DNA of 64,000 nt from Setoptus koraiensis (Eukaryota > Animalia > Arthropoda): NCBI GenBank assembly GCA_048013815.1, contig CM106586.1, positions 9,052,001-9,116,000 of the forward strand, read 5' to 3'. How positions within the stretch are numbered: position 1 is the stretch's first letter; each line of letters starts with the position of its first letter. This document shows, one piece after another, positions 1 to 12,157 of the stretch. The notes beneath the pieces are model-generated. The model did no database searches. It was not told the DNA's origin and was given only the letters and a program-made list of their open reading frames with translations. A program made the translations under genes and the position numbers.

Positions 1-522
1 CCGCAAAATCCCTGCCCGTTGGGCGGCTGCCCACTGCCCCTGTGCCGCACACGGGCAGTCGCTGCCCATGCAGCTGCCCCTGCCCCCAGCACTAATGTGA
101 TGTACTGTGTGCGTTTTGCGGGTTCCCTACGTTTCATCGACAGATTTACTTCACCGACACTATCGTTCACCGAGAGTATGCTTCACCGACACCATTCAAT
201 TCACTTACAGCTTGTCTCACCTACAACTCACTCTCTCTAACACCCATCAACTACTAGTCTCCTCGACAAATCTCTTGTCAGTGATGTTAAGTGATAGCCG
301 AGGATGCACAGTTTCTCAGCTATCACACTCACAATTAATATCCTTGTAATCATGCGTTAAATTAGTCTAGTCTGCGACGAAAGGGGTTACATAGTGGTAT
401 AGCTGAGATCTCTTGTATTCGCAGCTACCACACTTACATGAATTTATCGATTGCGAGCGTTAACAGGTTGTCATAAACTCCTTTGAATCCTTCAACGATA
501 CTTGTCCACAAAAAAAAAAAAA

Positions 523-654
523 TAAGCGCTCGAAATACTGATTTGATCAGTATTACTTGATTTCAACAAATTGACCAACTCTTTCTAGGCGGGACGCAAA
601 TAATCAACTCACAAAATTAAGCGCTCTTGACACTGATAAGATCAGTATCACTTG
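523..654. repeat. Two 37-bp imperfect direct repeats (523-559, 618-654), each with an internal hairpin, next to a transposase relic
   Basis: taagcgctcgaaatactgatttgatcagtattacttg vs taagcgctcttgacactgataagatcagtatcacttg: 30/37 identical by eye. Copy 1 has a perfect 9-bp stem (aatactgat/atcagtatt). Confidence 0.8.
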
Positions 655-660
655 TTTTAA

Positions 661-954
661 TTAAGGTCGTACTTCCAACCCTTCGCAACGGCTGCTTGAG
701 GCACAACTTGACAAGGTAGTCTGCGTACTAGAATTTTCGTCCATCTTCTCTTGCACTTCCTGCACAACTTCAGGAGTTCTCACAGCTCTCCCCCTACGAT
801 TAGAAACTTCCTCCAATTCAACTGATCCAGTTCGTTCGAATCTTTCTATCAAATCTGTTATCGTTTTGTGGTGAGGTTTTTTCAAATTTTTGTACTCTGT
901 TGACCATTTTCGTTGAGTTCCTATTATGCAACTCGAGCTTTGATAGGTTCGAAC
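661..954 (-). mobile_element. Degenerate Tc1/mariner-type (DUF4817-like N-terminal HTH) transposase fragment
   Basis: The minus-strand frame reads VRTYQSSSCIIGTQRKWSTEYKNLKKPHHKTITDLIERFERTGSVELEEVSNRRGRAVRTPEVVQEVQEKMDEN. The P..TI..L..RFE.TGSV...GR..VRT.E.V..V pattern resembles the paired-like DNA-binding region of these transposases. There is an in-frame stop upstream and no DDE/DDD catalytic domain follows. Confidence 0.55.
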
Positions 955-1543
955 TCAAACTGCCAGTGCTGTTATCAACTACCGTGGTTGCCATACATGG
1001 CTGTTCATGGAGCTCACTGAAGCTAGAGCACGAGTAGTCGATTTGCATTGAGTTATCACTATTTACATAGGGATAGTAGTATTGGCAGCGTTGTGGATAG
1101 GACATGTTTGAATATAAATCTTTAATTCTGAAAAGTTCAATGACTCTAATATTCCTTTGATAGCAAACAAACGTAGATCCTTCAAGTCTGACAACAAAAT
1201 CTGCTAACATGTTGGGTGATCTTCACGAGCGCACATAATCATATGATTTCTTATTTTATTTTATAGTGCGCAAGAAAAACAAGGGCATGCCATTTTGTGC
1301 GCGGATAATGTTTCATTTGGTCTCTATTCACCCCAGTAACCGTTCATATTGTGATCAAGAACGCGTTACAAGTTGATTGTCTCACAACATCTGTTCAACT
1401 CGCGATGTCCAGAAAATATTTTGTCCACGTGCTACACAAATTCATTATCTGAATAATGTTATGAGATTGGACTCGTCTCTATTTATTTCATTCCATATCC
1501 ATTATTTATTATTTGAGTAAGGGCATTTCAACAAGGTGAAAAA

Positions 1544-3565
1544 ATGAATAATCAGCGCGAACTCAAGTCCAAGAACTTGAGGGAGGCCCGACAGCAACTG
1601 GAAGAACTAGATGCCTTATTAAAAGCCAAAACAAATGAATTGCGAGATCTGAGAAAGCAACGCAAAGACTTAGAAAATCGCATTGAATCCATTAAGACAT
1701 CCTTAGGAAACTTGGACGACCAAGGTGAAGACTTGGCCAATCTACAATTTGATAGTGACGCATATCCGTGGTCGCACGAGGTCAATAGTAAACTGAGAAG
1801 AGTGTTCAATATTCAAAAATTTCGACATCTTCAGCGGACCGTGATTAATTGTACTCTTAGTGATAAAGATTGCATTTATGTGGCAGCCACGGGTAGTGGC
1901 AAGAGTCTTGTCTTTCAATTGCCTGCCTTAATATCTGAAGGTATCACAATTGTTGTCTCACCCCTACTGTCCCTCATGGAGGATCAAGTTACTCAATTAG
2001 CGGAGATAGGAATTCCAGCTATGGTATTGAACTCGTCCACTGACAAGGACGATGCCAGGATGGCAATGCAGTCGATGATAGACCCCAATGCACCATTAAA
2101 AATGATTTACGTAACTCCGGAGAAATTGGCAAAATCAAAACGAATTATGGCACAAATAGAAAAGATGTACAAAGCGAGAAGGTTCAGTCGACTGGTAATT
2201 GACGAAGTGCACTGCTGCAGTCAATGGGGACATGATTTTCGACGTGACTATCAATATCTATCTGTTTTCAAGAGACAGTTTCCTGAAACACCAATACTCG
2301 GTCTCACTGCCACAGCTACCTCAGAAGTTATAATGGATATACAAAAAATTCTCAACATAGAAGGTTGCTACGTTTTCAAAGGAAGCTTCTATCGTCCAAA
2401 TTTAAAATACGAAATCCGTCCAACGACCAAAAAAGACAATGTGGAGGATATAATCAATCTTATTAATACTAGATTTTCCGGCCAAACTGGTATTGTTTAT
2501 TGTTTATCAATCAAGGACACCGAAGACGTGGCTAGCAAAATGAGTTCTATGGGCACTCATTGTTACCCGTATCACGCACAATTATCCATGGATCAAAGAA
2601 ACAAAATTCAGCAGCAATGGTATAAGAACAAATGCAGAGTAATTGCGGCAACTGTCGCGTTTGGACTTGGTATAAATAAATTAGATGTACGATTCGTCAT
2701 TCATTATTCCATATCCAAATCTATCGAGAATTATTACCAAGAAACTGGGCGAGCTGGCCGTGATGGAAAACCAGCTTACTGCATTTGTTACTATAAATTC
2801 GCAGATGTTTTTCGAGCTACTTCATTAACGTTCACAGAAAAACATGGCCAAAAGCATGTGTATCAGATGTTGGCCTTCTGTCTGAATAGGAAAGATTGTA
2901 GGAAACAATTGATCGCGGACTACTTTGAGGATTATCTCAAAAAAGATCAAAACGATACCCGGTGCTGTGATAACTGTTCTGATAATCTTCCGATAAGCGC
3001 ACTTGATGTGAGTGATTGTCTCCAGGACATACTGCAAATTTGTGCTAAAGCTCTACAACTGAAAGAAAAGTTAACACCTACAAAGTTGTTGGATGCTTGG
3101 ACTCAGAAAGGAGGCCCAAAAAATTTCAGAGTAGAAGGACTGCGCAAGCCTAGTCTCACTAGAGCCGAGTGCGAAGCAGTTGTAGGGCTGCTCCTGGTCG
3201 ACGGTTACCTGAGAGAGGATTTCCACATTACTCCATACGCAACGATATCTTATCTTCTTCAAGGTCCAAGGGCTTATCCTGGTGGTCAGTCTACTATACT
3301 GTATGATCTGGCCTTGGAATCTCAATTAAAAGCAAAGCAGGACATTGTTATACCAGAAAATAGCCAAACACGCTACAGTCGCTCGCCAATTCATATTGTT
3401 GAATCCGATATAAAGCCGAAAGGTACATATAGTCGCTCACCAATCAATATTGTCGAACCGGAAGCTAAACCGCCAAATAGGTACAGTCGCTCACCAATTG
3501 ATTTAGTTTCCACACCAACAAAGAAACTTAAATCAGAGGATATTGAGTGTTTTATTATAGATTGA
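1544..3565 (+). CDS. RECQL: ATP-dependent DNA helicase Q1 (RecQ1), intronless, 673 aa
   Basis: N-terminal coiled coil, YPWS motif, Walker A ATGSGKS, DEVH box (DEVHCCSQWGHDF), QETGRAGRDG motif VI, and Zn-binding CR...CCDNC followed by a winged-helix region. This is the RECQL1 architecture. Confidence 0.96.
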   Translation: MNNQRELKSKNLREARQQLEELDALLKAKTNELRDLRKQRKDLENRIESIKTSLGNLDDQGEDLANLQFDSDAYPWSHEVNSKLRRVFNIQKFRHLQRTVINCTLSDKDCIYVAATGSGKSLVFQLPALISEGITIVVSPLLSLMEDQVTQLAEIGIPAMVLNSSTDKDDARMAMQSMIDPNAPLKMIYVTPEKLAKSKRIMAQIEKMYKARRFSRLVIDEVHCCSQWGHDFRRDYQYLSVFKRQFPETPILGLTATATSEVIMDIQKILNIEGCYVFKGSFYRPNLKYEIRPTTKKDNVEDIINLINTRFSGQTGIVYCLSIKDTEDVASKMSSMGTHCYPYHAQLSMDQRNKIQQQWYKNKCRVIAATVAFGLGINKLDVRFVIHYSISKSIENYYQETGRAGRDGKPAYCICYYKFADVFRATSLTFTEKHGQKHVYQMLAFCLNRKDCRKQLIADYFEDYLKKDQNDTRCCDNCSDNLPISALDVSDCLQDILQICAKALQLKEKLTPTKLLDAWTQKGGPKNFRVEGLRKPSLTRAECEAVVGLLLVDGYLREDFHITPYATISYLLQGPRAYPGGQSTILYDLALESQLKAKQDIVIPENSQTRYSRSPIHIVESDIKPKGTYSRSPINIVEPEAKPPNRYSRSPIDLVSTPTKKLKSEDIECFIID

Positions 3566-5011
3566 CTGACTTAATAAATATACATAATAAATTTTATGAT
3601 CTCACCTACAGAAGTTTGCTCTATACACCATTATAAGTGCCAATGATCTAGTGGATTGTTTACATTGGGTTCTGCCTCAATGGGCTGATTAGTTTTTCAA
3701 TTCTGACTTCAGATTAGAACATTCGCAAGACCTGCCGTTGATAATGCAAGATTCTAATGGCAATCTTGAATGATGTTACGTTACTTGTCTGCGATTAATC
3801 CTACTTGTATGAATCCCTGAAAGTGCAAATATTATATTAATATTATATATATGTTTTTTATTTCATAGGTGCTTATATGCGTAGGTATTGAATTGTTATG
3901 TAAGGTCAGTAAAAGAAGTAATGAATTAGCGTGTTATCAATTAGTAGAGCCAGGGTATTTTGTCGGCAATATCTGTTCGCCAATGCTTAAGCGAAGTTTT
4001 AATTGCCACATATGGCTCCACACGGTTAACTGTGGCTATTTGCCAATTCATTTCCGGTCTCTTGATAGCTGTCATCGCTACGATTGTAGGTGTATATTTT
4101 CTCGGATTCATTGGTAGCATCAGTCAATGACGCTGTTCTTAAATCATTTATGATCCATCGATAACAGATATAACTGATATGACTGATGGACTTCAAAGTT
4201 GATTGACGGTATTGATGACATTAGTTGAATGTTCGCTGCATCGGCTTTGATGAAATAGTTCGACACTGCTCTTTATCATCGCACCCCTTCCTGACTATAG
4301 CGATTTCGAGGATGATAACATCAACCAACTATTTGAGGCATCTTCAAAAGTTGAATAGTTAATTTAGATGCATGATTGGATTTAGCATCCCCGCGGAATA
4401 TCGATAGAAGAGCAGCGGATACTGATGGGAGATTGATCTCTTCCCATCAATATTTGCTCCGCTTTTTTTTCAAATTCTCGCGCTATGTGTGCTAGTGCAA
4501 CCTTTCGGCCCTAGTAGCAGCCTTTCATTGCATTGTGTGATCTCTTTTCTAAGCGCATCCGGTGTCCTTTCTTAAATCCGCCAGGGCGGCGCACTTGAAT
4601 TTTCACCGATAAAATCAGAAGCAACGACCATAGCAGGCAATGTTTGAGTGCATGTGAGTGGGCGCTGTAATCACAAGAATTAAACATTTAATGCCAGACT
4701 CGCTATTCGAGCCTGCATTTCAGCGCTTTTTGTGCGCCTCTGGCGGATGAAACCAAAAACCATCATAAGGCTATGAAAAAAAAACACACACACACGGTAC
4801 ACGCACTCTCATAGAGGTTGCTGGCACAAGACAGCGATCAGATCACGCACGAACACGATTTCAGCTTCGTACATACTAAAGTGCTCGCACATAAAGTATA
4901 TATATTACAAGTTAGAAGTGATATTACATCTAGTATTTGTATTTAGATATCTATATGGTCTAATCAACGCAAACAATTATCGTTCCTAACGATCAATTAT
5001 CTCTAATCAAA

Positions 5012-5350
5012 ATGAGCTATCAAGTTTACAGGAACACAACTCTCGGACAAACATTACAAGAGACACTGGACGACTTTATCCAATCTAGTCAAATAAGTCC
5101 ACATTTAGCCTACAGGGTTTTAACACAATTCGACAAATCTATAAACCAAGCGCTCAAAAATAAAGTCAAAACAATGCTCACATTTAGAGCAGCCCATCTC
5201 AGGACATATAGATTTTGTGACAATGTTTGGACCCTAGTGCTAGAGGATGTTGAATTTAGAAATGTCCAAGAATTGGTGAAGGTAGATAAAGTAAAAGTAG
5301 TAGCTTGTGAAGGCAAAGCTAACAGACCACACTCACTTGATTTGGATTGA
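5012..5350 (+). CDS. GTF2A2: Transcription initiation factor IIA gamma (small) subunit, intronless, 112 aa
   Basis: [24 protein letters not shown]...[10 protein letters not shown]...YRFCDNVWT...VKVVACEG matches the conserved TFIIA-gamma sequence end to end. Confidence 0.97.
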   Translation: MSYQVYRNTTLGQTLQETLDDFIQSSQISPHLAYRVLTQFDKSINQALKNKVKTMLTFRAAHLRTYRFCDNVWTLVLEDVEFRNVQELVKVDKVKVVACEGKANRPHSLDLD

Positions 5351-5716
5351 AGACACTATGAGCATTCATGTCAGTCTATGTTTATAAACACACTTATCGA
5401 GGTATAAAGCTTTTCTGTAAATGATCATAACGTGTATATTTACTACAAATTAAATCAGTCAATTTATAACAACGAGCTCGATACTTTCTCACTCAAGTTT
5501 TTATCGAAGTACCACTGCACGCTTTTCTCAGCTGATGTGCCATATGCATGGTGCGTGGTGCTAGCACTGACCACCTCTGTATCGCATTGGTCCATTACAG
5601 CACGCGAAACTATTTCAAATGTACATTTTTATAATTAATCATTATCAATCGATATAAGATCTTTACATAATGACATCATTGAATCTGCCACTAACATCCA
5701 CAGATTACCACTTCAC

Positions 5717-7146
5717 ATGGGCGCCTCACGAGTAAGATTGCGTCAGTTGCGATCGCCCGTGTCCATCCTTGCTGTTATTTTTGTGTTGTGTTTTGTAATA
5801 AATACCTTATTGTTCTTTTGCTGCTATCAATACAATGACCAGGAAGAGGACCAGGAGGGTAGGTCGTTAATTGGTACTAACAGCAGCAAGGATTTGACCG
5901 GAAATGAGAGGCACATAGGTACAATTACTGAGGAAAATATAGAGAAACATTACACGCTCGCTAGCCAACACAATCCAGCCGTCTCCGTCAGTAAAATATC
6001 ATTCGACGAGTTAACAAATGATGTGTATTTCAATATCCGCGGGAACGATGTGTTAGTATTTCTTCACATACAGAAAACAGGTATGTTACTCCTATGATGA
6101 ATAGTCTTGTATTTATTTGTATGCAATATCTAAACGAGACAATCACTATCTTTGTCAGGTGGTACAACGTTCGGGAAACATCTAGTCCAGGATCTCGACA
6201 TAGAGAGACCGTGTGTTTGCAACGAAGACAAAAAGAAATGCAAATGCATCAGGCCCAACGCAAGATCTGACGAAGAACTTTGGCTCTTCTCAAGGTATTC
6301 CACCGGATGGAAATGTGGTCTTCATGCAGATTGGACAGAGTTGAATGATTGCTTGGACAAAGAATTGAGAGAGATTCAATATTACGATGGTAAATACTCA
6401 AATGACGCTATACATGAGCCCACTACACATGATCGACGCTATCTCTATGTCTCATTCCTAAGAGAACCAATAAGACGTTTTATTTCAGAATATAAGCACG
6501 TACAACGAGGTGCCACATGGAAGAGTTCTCGACATCTTTGTTCAGGTCGACCGCCTACCTACGAAGAACTACCGCCGTGCTATCATGGTTCAGATTGGAG
6601 AAGTATGTTTTATCATTATCAAATTACAACTTTAAACTATCCTTTTCGAACCAACTCCTTATTGACACTGTTTTCTTTTCTCTCATATATAACATCCAAG
6701 ATGTAACGATTGAGGAGTTTCTATCATGTAAATCCAACTTAGCCCTCAACCGTCAAACGAGGATGTTGGCCAATTTGACTTTGATTGATTGCTACAATAC
6801 GAAATCCATAGATAACAGACTGCGCGACGAGATTATGTTGGAGAGTGCAAAAAAAAATTTGAAAAATATGGCCTTCTTTGGGTTATGCGACTACCAAGAA
6901 GCATCTCAGTTACTATTCGAGAAAACATTCAATATGAGATTCAAGAGGCCTTTTGTTCAATCTAACGAAACCAGAACTAGTCAAGTTATTGGTCAGTTTT
7001 CAGAGGAAGTGTTGATAACTATCGAGCAACTCAATTATTTAGATATACAACTATATGACTATGCGTTGAAACTATTCTTCAAAAGGTACGAATCTCTCAA
7101 ACTGTCTCGACATTCGGATCCTATCACGAACACAAATGAAAATTAA
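5717..7146 (+). CDS. HS6ST: Heparan-sulfate 6-O-sulfotransferase; exons 5717-6080, 6159-6602, 6701-7146 (417 aa)
   Basis: N-terminal TM anchor; PAPS-binding FLHIQKT|GGTTFG joined across intron 1; RYSTGWKCGLHADWTEL, FLREPIRRFISEYKHVQRGATW, NRQTRMLA, NYLDIQLYDYA. The GT-AG introns restore a single frame. Confidence 0.95.
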
Positions 7147-7338
7147 TTAATATACAGATAGATGAGAATCGAGGGAATTGGATAGATACTATTTTCGCTC
7201 AAAATAAAAATACAATTTTACTCTTGAGTCTACAGACTGACAGACATCTTTATTTCGATGGCACACAACTTATCATGGATAGTGACCAATGACTCGAGCT
7301 CTACTATTCTCCTTGCGAATTGATTTGCCCATTGATCC

Positions 7339-8405
7339 TCAATCCTCCATCTCAATAGTTTCGACAGTTTCGGACTGATCTTGGCTATTTGTAATTTCTT
7401 GACCTTGTTGGTCTTTGCCTTTCTTCCATGACCATTCAGGGGTCTGGTCGCTGTTGTCATTGGGCTCTTCAACTTTAAGCTGGTTTCTCTTGACAGCCTT
7501 GAGGTTAACTGTGAAGCCGACTTCCTTGCGGGCATTCAGCAGCATTCTTTCAATTTTAACACCAAACTTGGGCACCTTCTTGAGTGTTGGCTTGATACTG
7601 ATTCAGGATGGAATATACACAATAGTTAATTCAGAAATAGTATCAGATGAATAATGAACCAGGCAACAGTACGTTTGTCGACGTGGGGGTCTCTTTTGAA
7701 TATACTTACAACTTTCCTCGCATATCATTAACCCTCATTGAGAGTTCGTGAATATCAAAATCAATGCGGCTGACCTGATATTCTAAGTCATATTTCTCGC
7801 TTTCAAGTGTTGCGATACGGCTGTGATACTCTTTGCATAATTCTTGAAGATCGCCTGTATAAAAGAATTGATGAATTTGTCAATCAATTTATGCTAGGCT
7901 CTATGAACATTTTTGGTTCGAAATTGACTCAATGAACTTACTTTCGTCCAAATCATCAAGACTTTTCTTGGGTCCAGTTCTTTCAGCTATTACTTTTCTC
8001 CTCTCAGCGGCTTTGGCTTCTTGTTGACGTTTCAATTCTTCGGCGGCCTTCTTTCTAAGCAGTACCTGGAAAAGGCCAGAGGTTCAAAGTCAAGGATTTC
8101 TAAGATTAGTTTAATTTGAGACAGCTACGATCAAGCTGGTATTTGGTTAAATTTGTCACACTTACCCTTAGCTTCTTCTTTCTTTCAGGGGTCATGAATC
8201 CCTTCTTCTTTTGAGCTTTAGAGGATGCCTCAAGGCGAGCTCTCACCTCAGCCTTTTTCCTCTCTCGCTCTTCGAATTTGTCTCTATCCTCCTAAATTGA
8301 TAAGATTCAAAGTTTGAATTCATTCCGGTCAAACTTGCAGTCATTACAAGTATATTTGAGAAGTTTCAGTGACTCCGTTCTACTCACATCAGTTGATCCT
8401 CCCAT
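7339..8405 (-). CDS. TnI: Troponin I; exons 8388-8405, 8166-8291, 7942-8065, 7710-7854, 7339-7597 (223 aa)
   Basis: The spliced translation contains KKAEVRARLE, KKKGFMTPERKKKLR|VLLRKKAAEELKRQQE, LCKEYHSRI...EKYDLEY, VNDMRGKF|IKPTLKKV and a PEWS tail, all arthropod TnI hallmarks. All junctions are GT-AG and in phase. Confidence 0.93.
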
Positions 8406-9110
8406 TATTGATTGCTGATCAAATACAGTTATAGTTTAGTTAAGGCTCGCGGAAAGCTTTTATCGATAAAACCACAAGATCGCTTATCTTTCGCTTACAA
8501 TTAAGTTTAATTTTTAGCCACCGTCTACTTGTAAAACTTAGTTGACAATAAGAGCAAGGGAAATTCAAAACAGAATTGAAATAGCTGAGTAACCATCATG
8601 GAATGTTGAGCCATCGAAACAGAGTAATTCACACATATTATGGTAGATGCTATTTGTTCTAATTCTAACGAATTTTCATTCACTTTTGCGTTTGCTACAA
8701 AGGAATGTGTCAGAACAATGGTCTACTACATGACGTTGATTGGCACAAGTACGCAAGAAATTAAACAGTAGTATGTTGAATTGAGTGAAACTTATGCAAG
8801 TTATCAAATGAGTTTAATTGTTTCGCAAGAGTTCTGCACTGAATTCGTCATGCCGTCACATACAAACTAAAAAATGACACCTACACTGCTGGAAAAGATC
8901 CAGGGCTATCTTCTTGATTCTGAAAAAAAATCAACAAGGAAGCTCAACCCAGACCCGAGATATTGTAGATTAGGAGATTACTGTTTCATGGATCTCTTCC
9001 AGCAATGTATGAAATAAAAAAACAATCATGGAATAAACTGCACAATGTTCAAGAGAAAGCTCTTACTTCAATGAGAGATTGTATTTAGTTCATATATTAT
9101 TAGTATCACG

Positions 9111-11379
9111 TTATTTGGACAGATTTATTAGAGATTCTGGAGTGGTATAATAGAAATGACAGGCATCTCGAACGCATCGCTCCAAATTGATCTCAGGCAA
9201 ATCACTGAATACAACAATGCAATCATTGAAACTATATTGAAGTAATTCCCTTCTCAATTGAGTCAAGATAGCCAAACCCACACACAGTGGAAACTTTTCG
9301 TTACCTAGAAGAAGGCTGTCCCAAACATGAAGAATTTTGTGTAATGGTAAAACATGTGTGAACATAGTTAAGAACCAAGGTATTGCGTAAAGATTGGGCT
9401 GGAAACCTAATCTATCGAGATGGTCAGCTAAAGTTGGGTCGTGATATGTTAACAGTTCGGAAAACATAGCCAAATATTGCTGCACGACTATTTGATTGTC
9501 TTTTTGGAAAAAGCCCCTTAGATATTTATGCACGAAGGAATCGAAACACGCAAATGCCATAGCTTCATCCGCGAAATTCACTAATAAAAAGGGGGCTGCG
9601 ATTGAGTCCACTCCTTGCCAATATACGTATTCTTTCTTGTTATAGTTGAGCCAAGCTTTCAGTATGCGGGCTAATTTCATGTGTCCTTGTGGCGAAGCCA
9701 TCAATTCATTGTATTGGTGACATCGAGGAATATCGACGCTTATTTGTCTATCAGTTGCAGTTGGTGTCGTTTTGTCTATCTGATCGTACACTTCGAGACT
9801 AGATTGTTTTACATCCAACAAAACTGCCCAAGTTTTGGCTCGACAAAATGGTGGTATATCTATTATAGCCTCTTTAGTGAGTTGAGGCTTTAGATACGGG
9901 CATCCTGCCAGCAATTTCTTGAATAATACAATTCTTTGACATTGATAAATAGAATCAGCCTCCCTAATAATGAGCGGTAGACTGTAGGGACTTTTATCAA
10001 TGCTGCTCGCAGCTACACTAGTACAGTCAGGTATCTGTGTTCTATTCTTTGATTGTATTTGCGGAAGACTATCGATGTCTAACCTACAACTATCTTCGTC
10101 GTTGGTCCTATTAATTCCATCCGCTGCGATACTGGAAGCATCATTTGCACTTGTGATGACAAGCGGATAGAGAATACTTTGATCTATTTTAGACAGGTCC
10201 TGCTTGAATTGTTCCAAAATAACAGGCCTAACTTCTGTATTAATCATCATGTGAGTCTTTTGTTTTGTGGCTGCCGAATTGTTTTGAGATTGATCAGCCG
10301 CTATAAAATATGGTAAACGTAGAATTGGAGGTAGTTCGTCTTGTTTGCATTCTGACTCAAAGTTTCTCCCGGATGATAATCTCCAAAGATGATAGATCTC
10401 AGATACATTGAGATTGATGGTCGGGATCACCCAGTTACTATTGGGCCCATCAATGATGCTAGTGAGATTATACTTTTCAAATAACCTGTCAGAAGTTTCG
10501 AGACACGATGGTGGTTCTGGTTTGATTTTGCCGATAATTTTATACAACCCGACGGTGTCTGCTCTCTTTTTCGGATCTGGGTGCAGAGATGCTGTAAAAA
10601 AGTTTAAAACTATTTTATCGTCCTCTTTTCCTTCACAAAAGACACTTGTATCAAATTGTAACAGTTTGAAAATTTGTTCGGTATCCTTACAAAAAGCTAA
10701 CCTAGCAGGATTATTTGGTAGTTTGATATGTGGAGCCCAGTGAGTCAACAACAACAACGAACATGACCAGATATCACTCTGGCGAGAAGGCAATATGAAA
10801 GGCGTTTTAACTTGTTCTGGTGCTAAAAATCTAATATCGTTAGGTAGTAAGCAATTAGAATCGAGTGCTTGTCCATACTGGGTTAGGATATTGATTGCCC
10901 AGTGAGCAATTCTGAGTTTACAATTGTCCCAAATGAAAGTATTCTGGTCTATAAGGCCATGTACACATCCAACTGAATAATGTAAATGATGCAAGCCATC
11001 GGTCATCTGCTTGGCGACTTGCTTGAAATCAAATTGGTTAGGGAACTTGCTTGAGGTGTGCTCGAAGACAATTGTCACTCGTTCTGATGATGTGAATAAT
11101 AGAATGGAAATTACAGATTATAATGTATCCAACTTTGTGGCTATTATCGAGAGATATGTCAGCTGGATGAATAGCAAAATACTAACCATTTTTATTGCGG
11201 AAACAATCGACATATTGAACAAGATTAGGATGTAGAGTTTGTTCCACATGAGCCTTGTAGTTTCCTATGATTTTGATAGAATTTGGAGTTATAGGTAGTC
11301 CATTGGAGCCACACAGATTATCTACGACGGATTCTGATTGCAAAGATAAACTAGCTAGTTGAATGCGGTCCAGATTCAT
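9111..11379 (-). CDS. TBCK: TBC domain-containing protein kinase-like protein; exons 11187-11379, 9111-11083 (721 aa)
   Basis: CGSNGLPITPNSIKI...HPNLVQYVD N-terminus, a pseudokinase region, then a TBC domain (DRQISVDIPRCHQY, YWQGVDSIAAPF, YAIPWFLTMF). No rhodanese domain is seen after the TBC domain. Confidence 0.94.
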
Positions 11380-11823
11380 TACGATAGTTCCACATTCGCT
11401 TGTAACTTAATGTGGTTGTTTATTATTCAGTTTGTTTGATTGAATGAAAGCACAAAGATGCCTCGGACATTGTTTTCTCAGATCAATGCAGGCCAGCGCC
11501 AGACGAATGATGGAAGTATGGATAATAATTAATATATATGTAAATATATATGCTGATGCAGGGAAGTGATTAAGGTGGTCTAATTGCAATGCCGTTTACT
11601 ATCTCTTATAATACTAGGTAGCCAAATCCATTGATTGTGACAGCGTGTTTATCACAGTTCCTTTTTATTGTATAGAGCTTAGCTACTATCTGCTATTAAC
11701 GACGATTGATTATGGCCAATAGTAATAAGCAGCAATGAGATAATACCAGATAATAGATTAAGATAATAGTGTGCTAGATATAGCTGGTTGTATCATAAAG
11801 ATTATTGGTGATATATTGTGGTC

Positions 11824-12147
11824 CAAAATGATGTCGGCAAATTCAACATTGTTGTTTATCGTCACTAGGTTCGGATGGAGACGCCTCTTTTTGCCAGCTA
11901 GACAAGCCAATATATGAATATGTGATTTTTCTATTGGAGAAATGTGCGCTCGCCTATCGCCACATATTCACATATGAATTCCACGGTAAAACTCGCCGCG
12001 CCCAAGCGGCCCGAACTACCGCACACAGGTATTTGCGGAAACGCCTCATTCGCGGTTTTGCGTGCGCTGTTGGAGAGTGTGTTGTTACTTCTAATTTCGA
12101 ATACAAGTACCGGTAGGGCTAGGAATTTTGGTCAACTATTTCGAAAC
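11824..12147. repeat. ~324-bp segment, inverted copy of 23120-23443
   Basis: From caaaatgatgtc to tatttcgaaac it matches the reverse complement of 23120-23443, with a few substitutions clustered at the left end. Confidence 0.92.
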
Positions 12148-12157
12148 TATTTCAACT

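Noticed and set aside
11824-12147. The 324-bp repeat as a structured ncRNA (RNase P/MRP, U3, SRP, snRNA)
   Set aside because: I found none of the conserved boxes I know for these RNAs. An Infernal/Rfam scan would be decisive.
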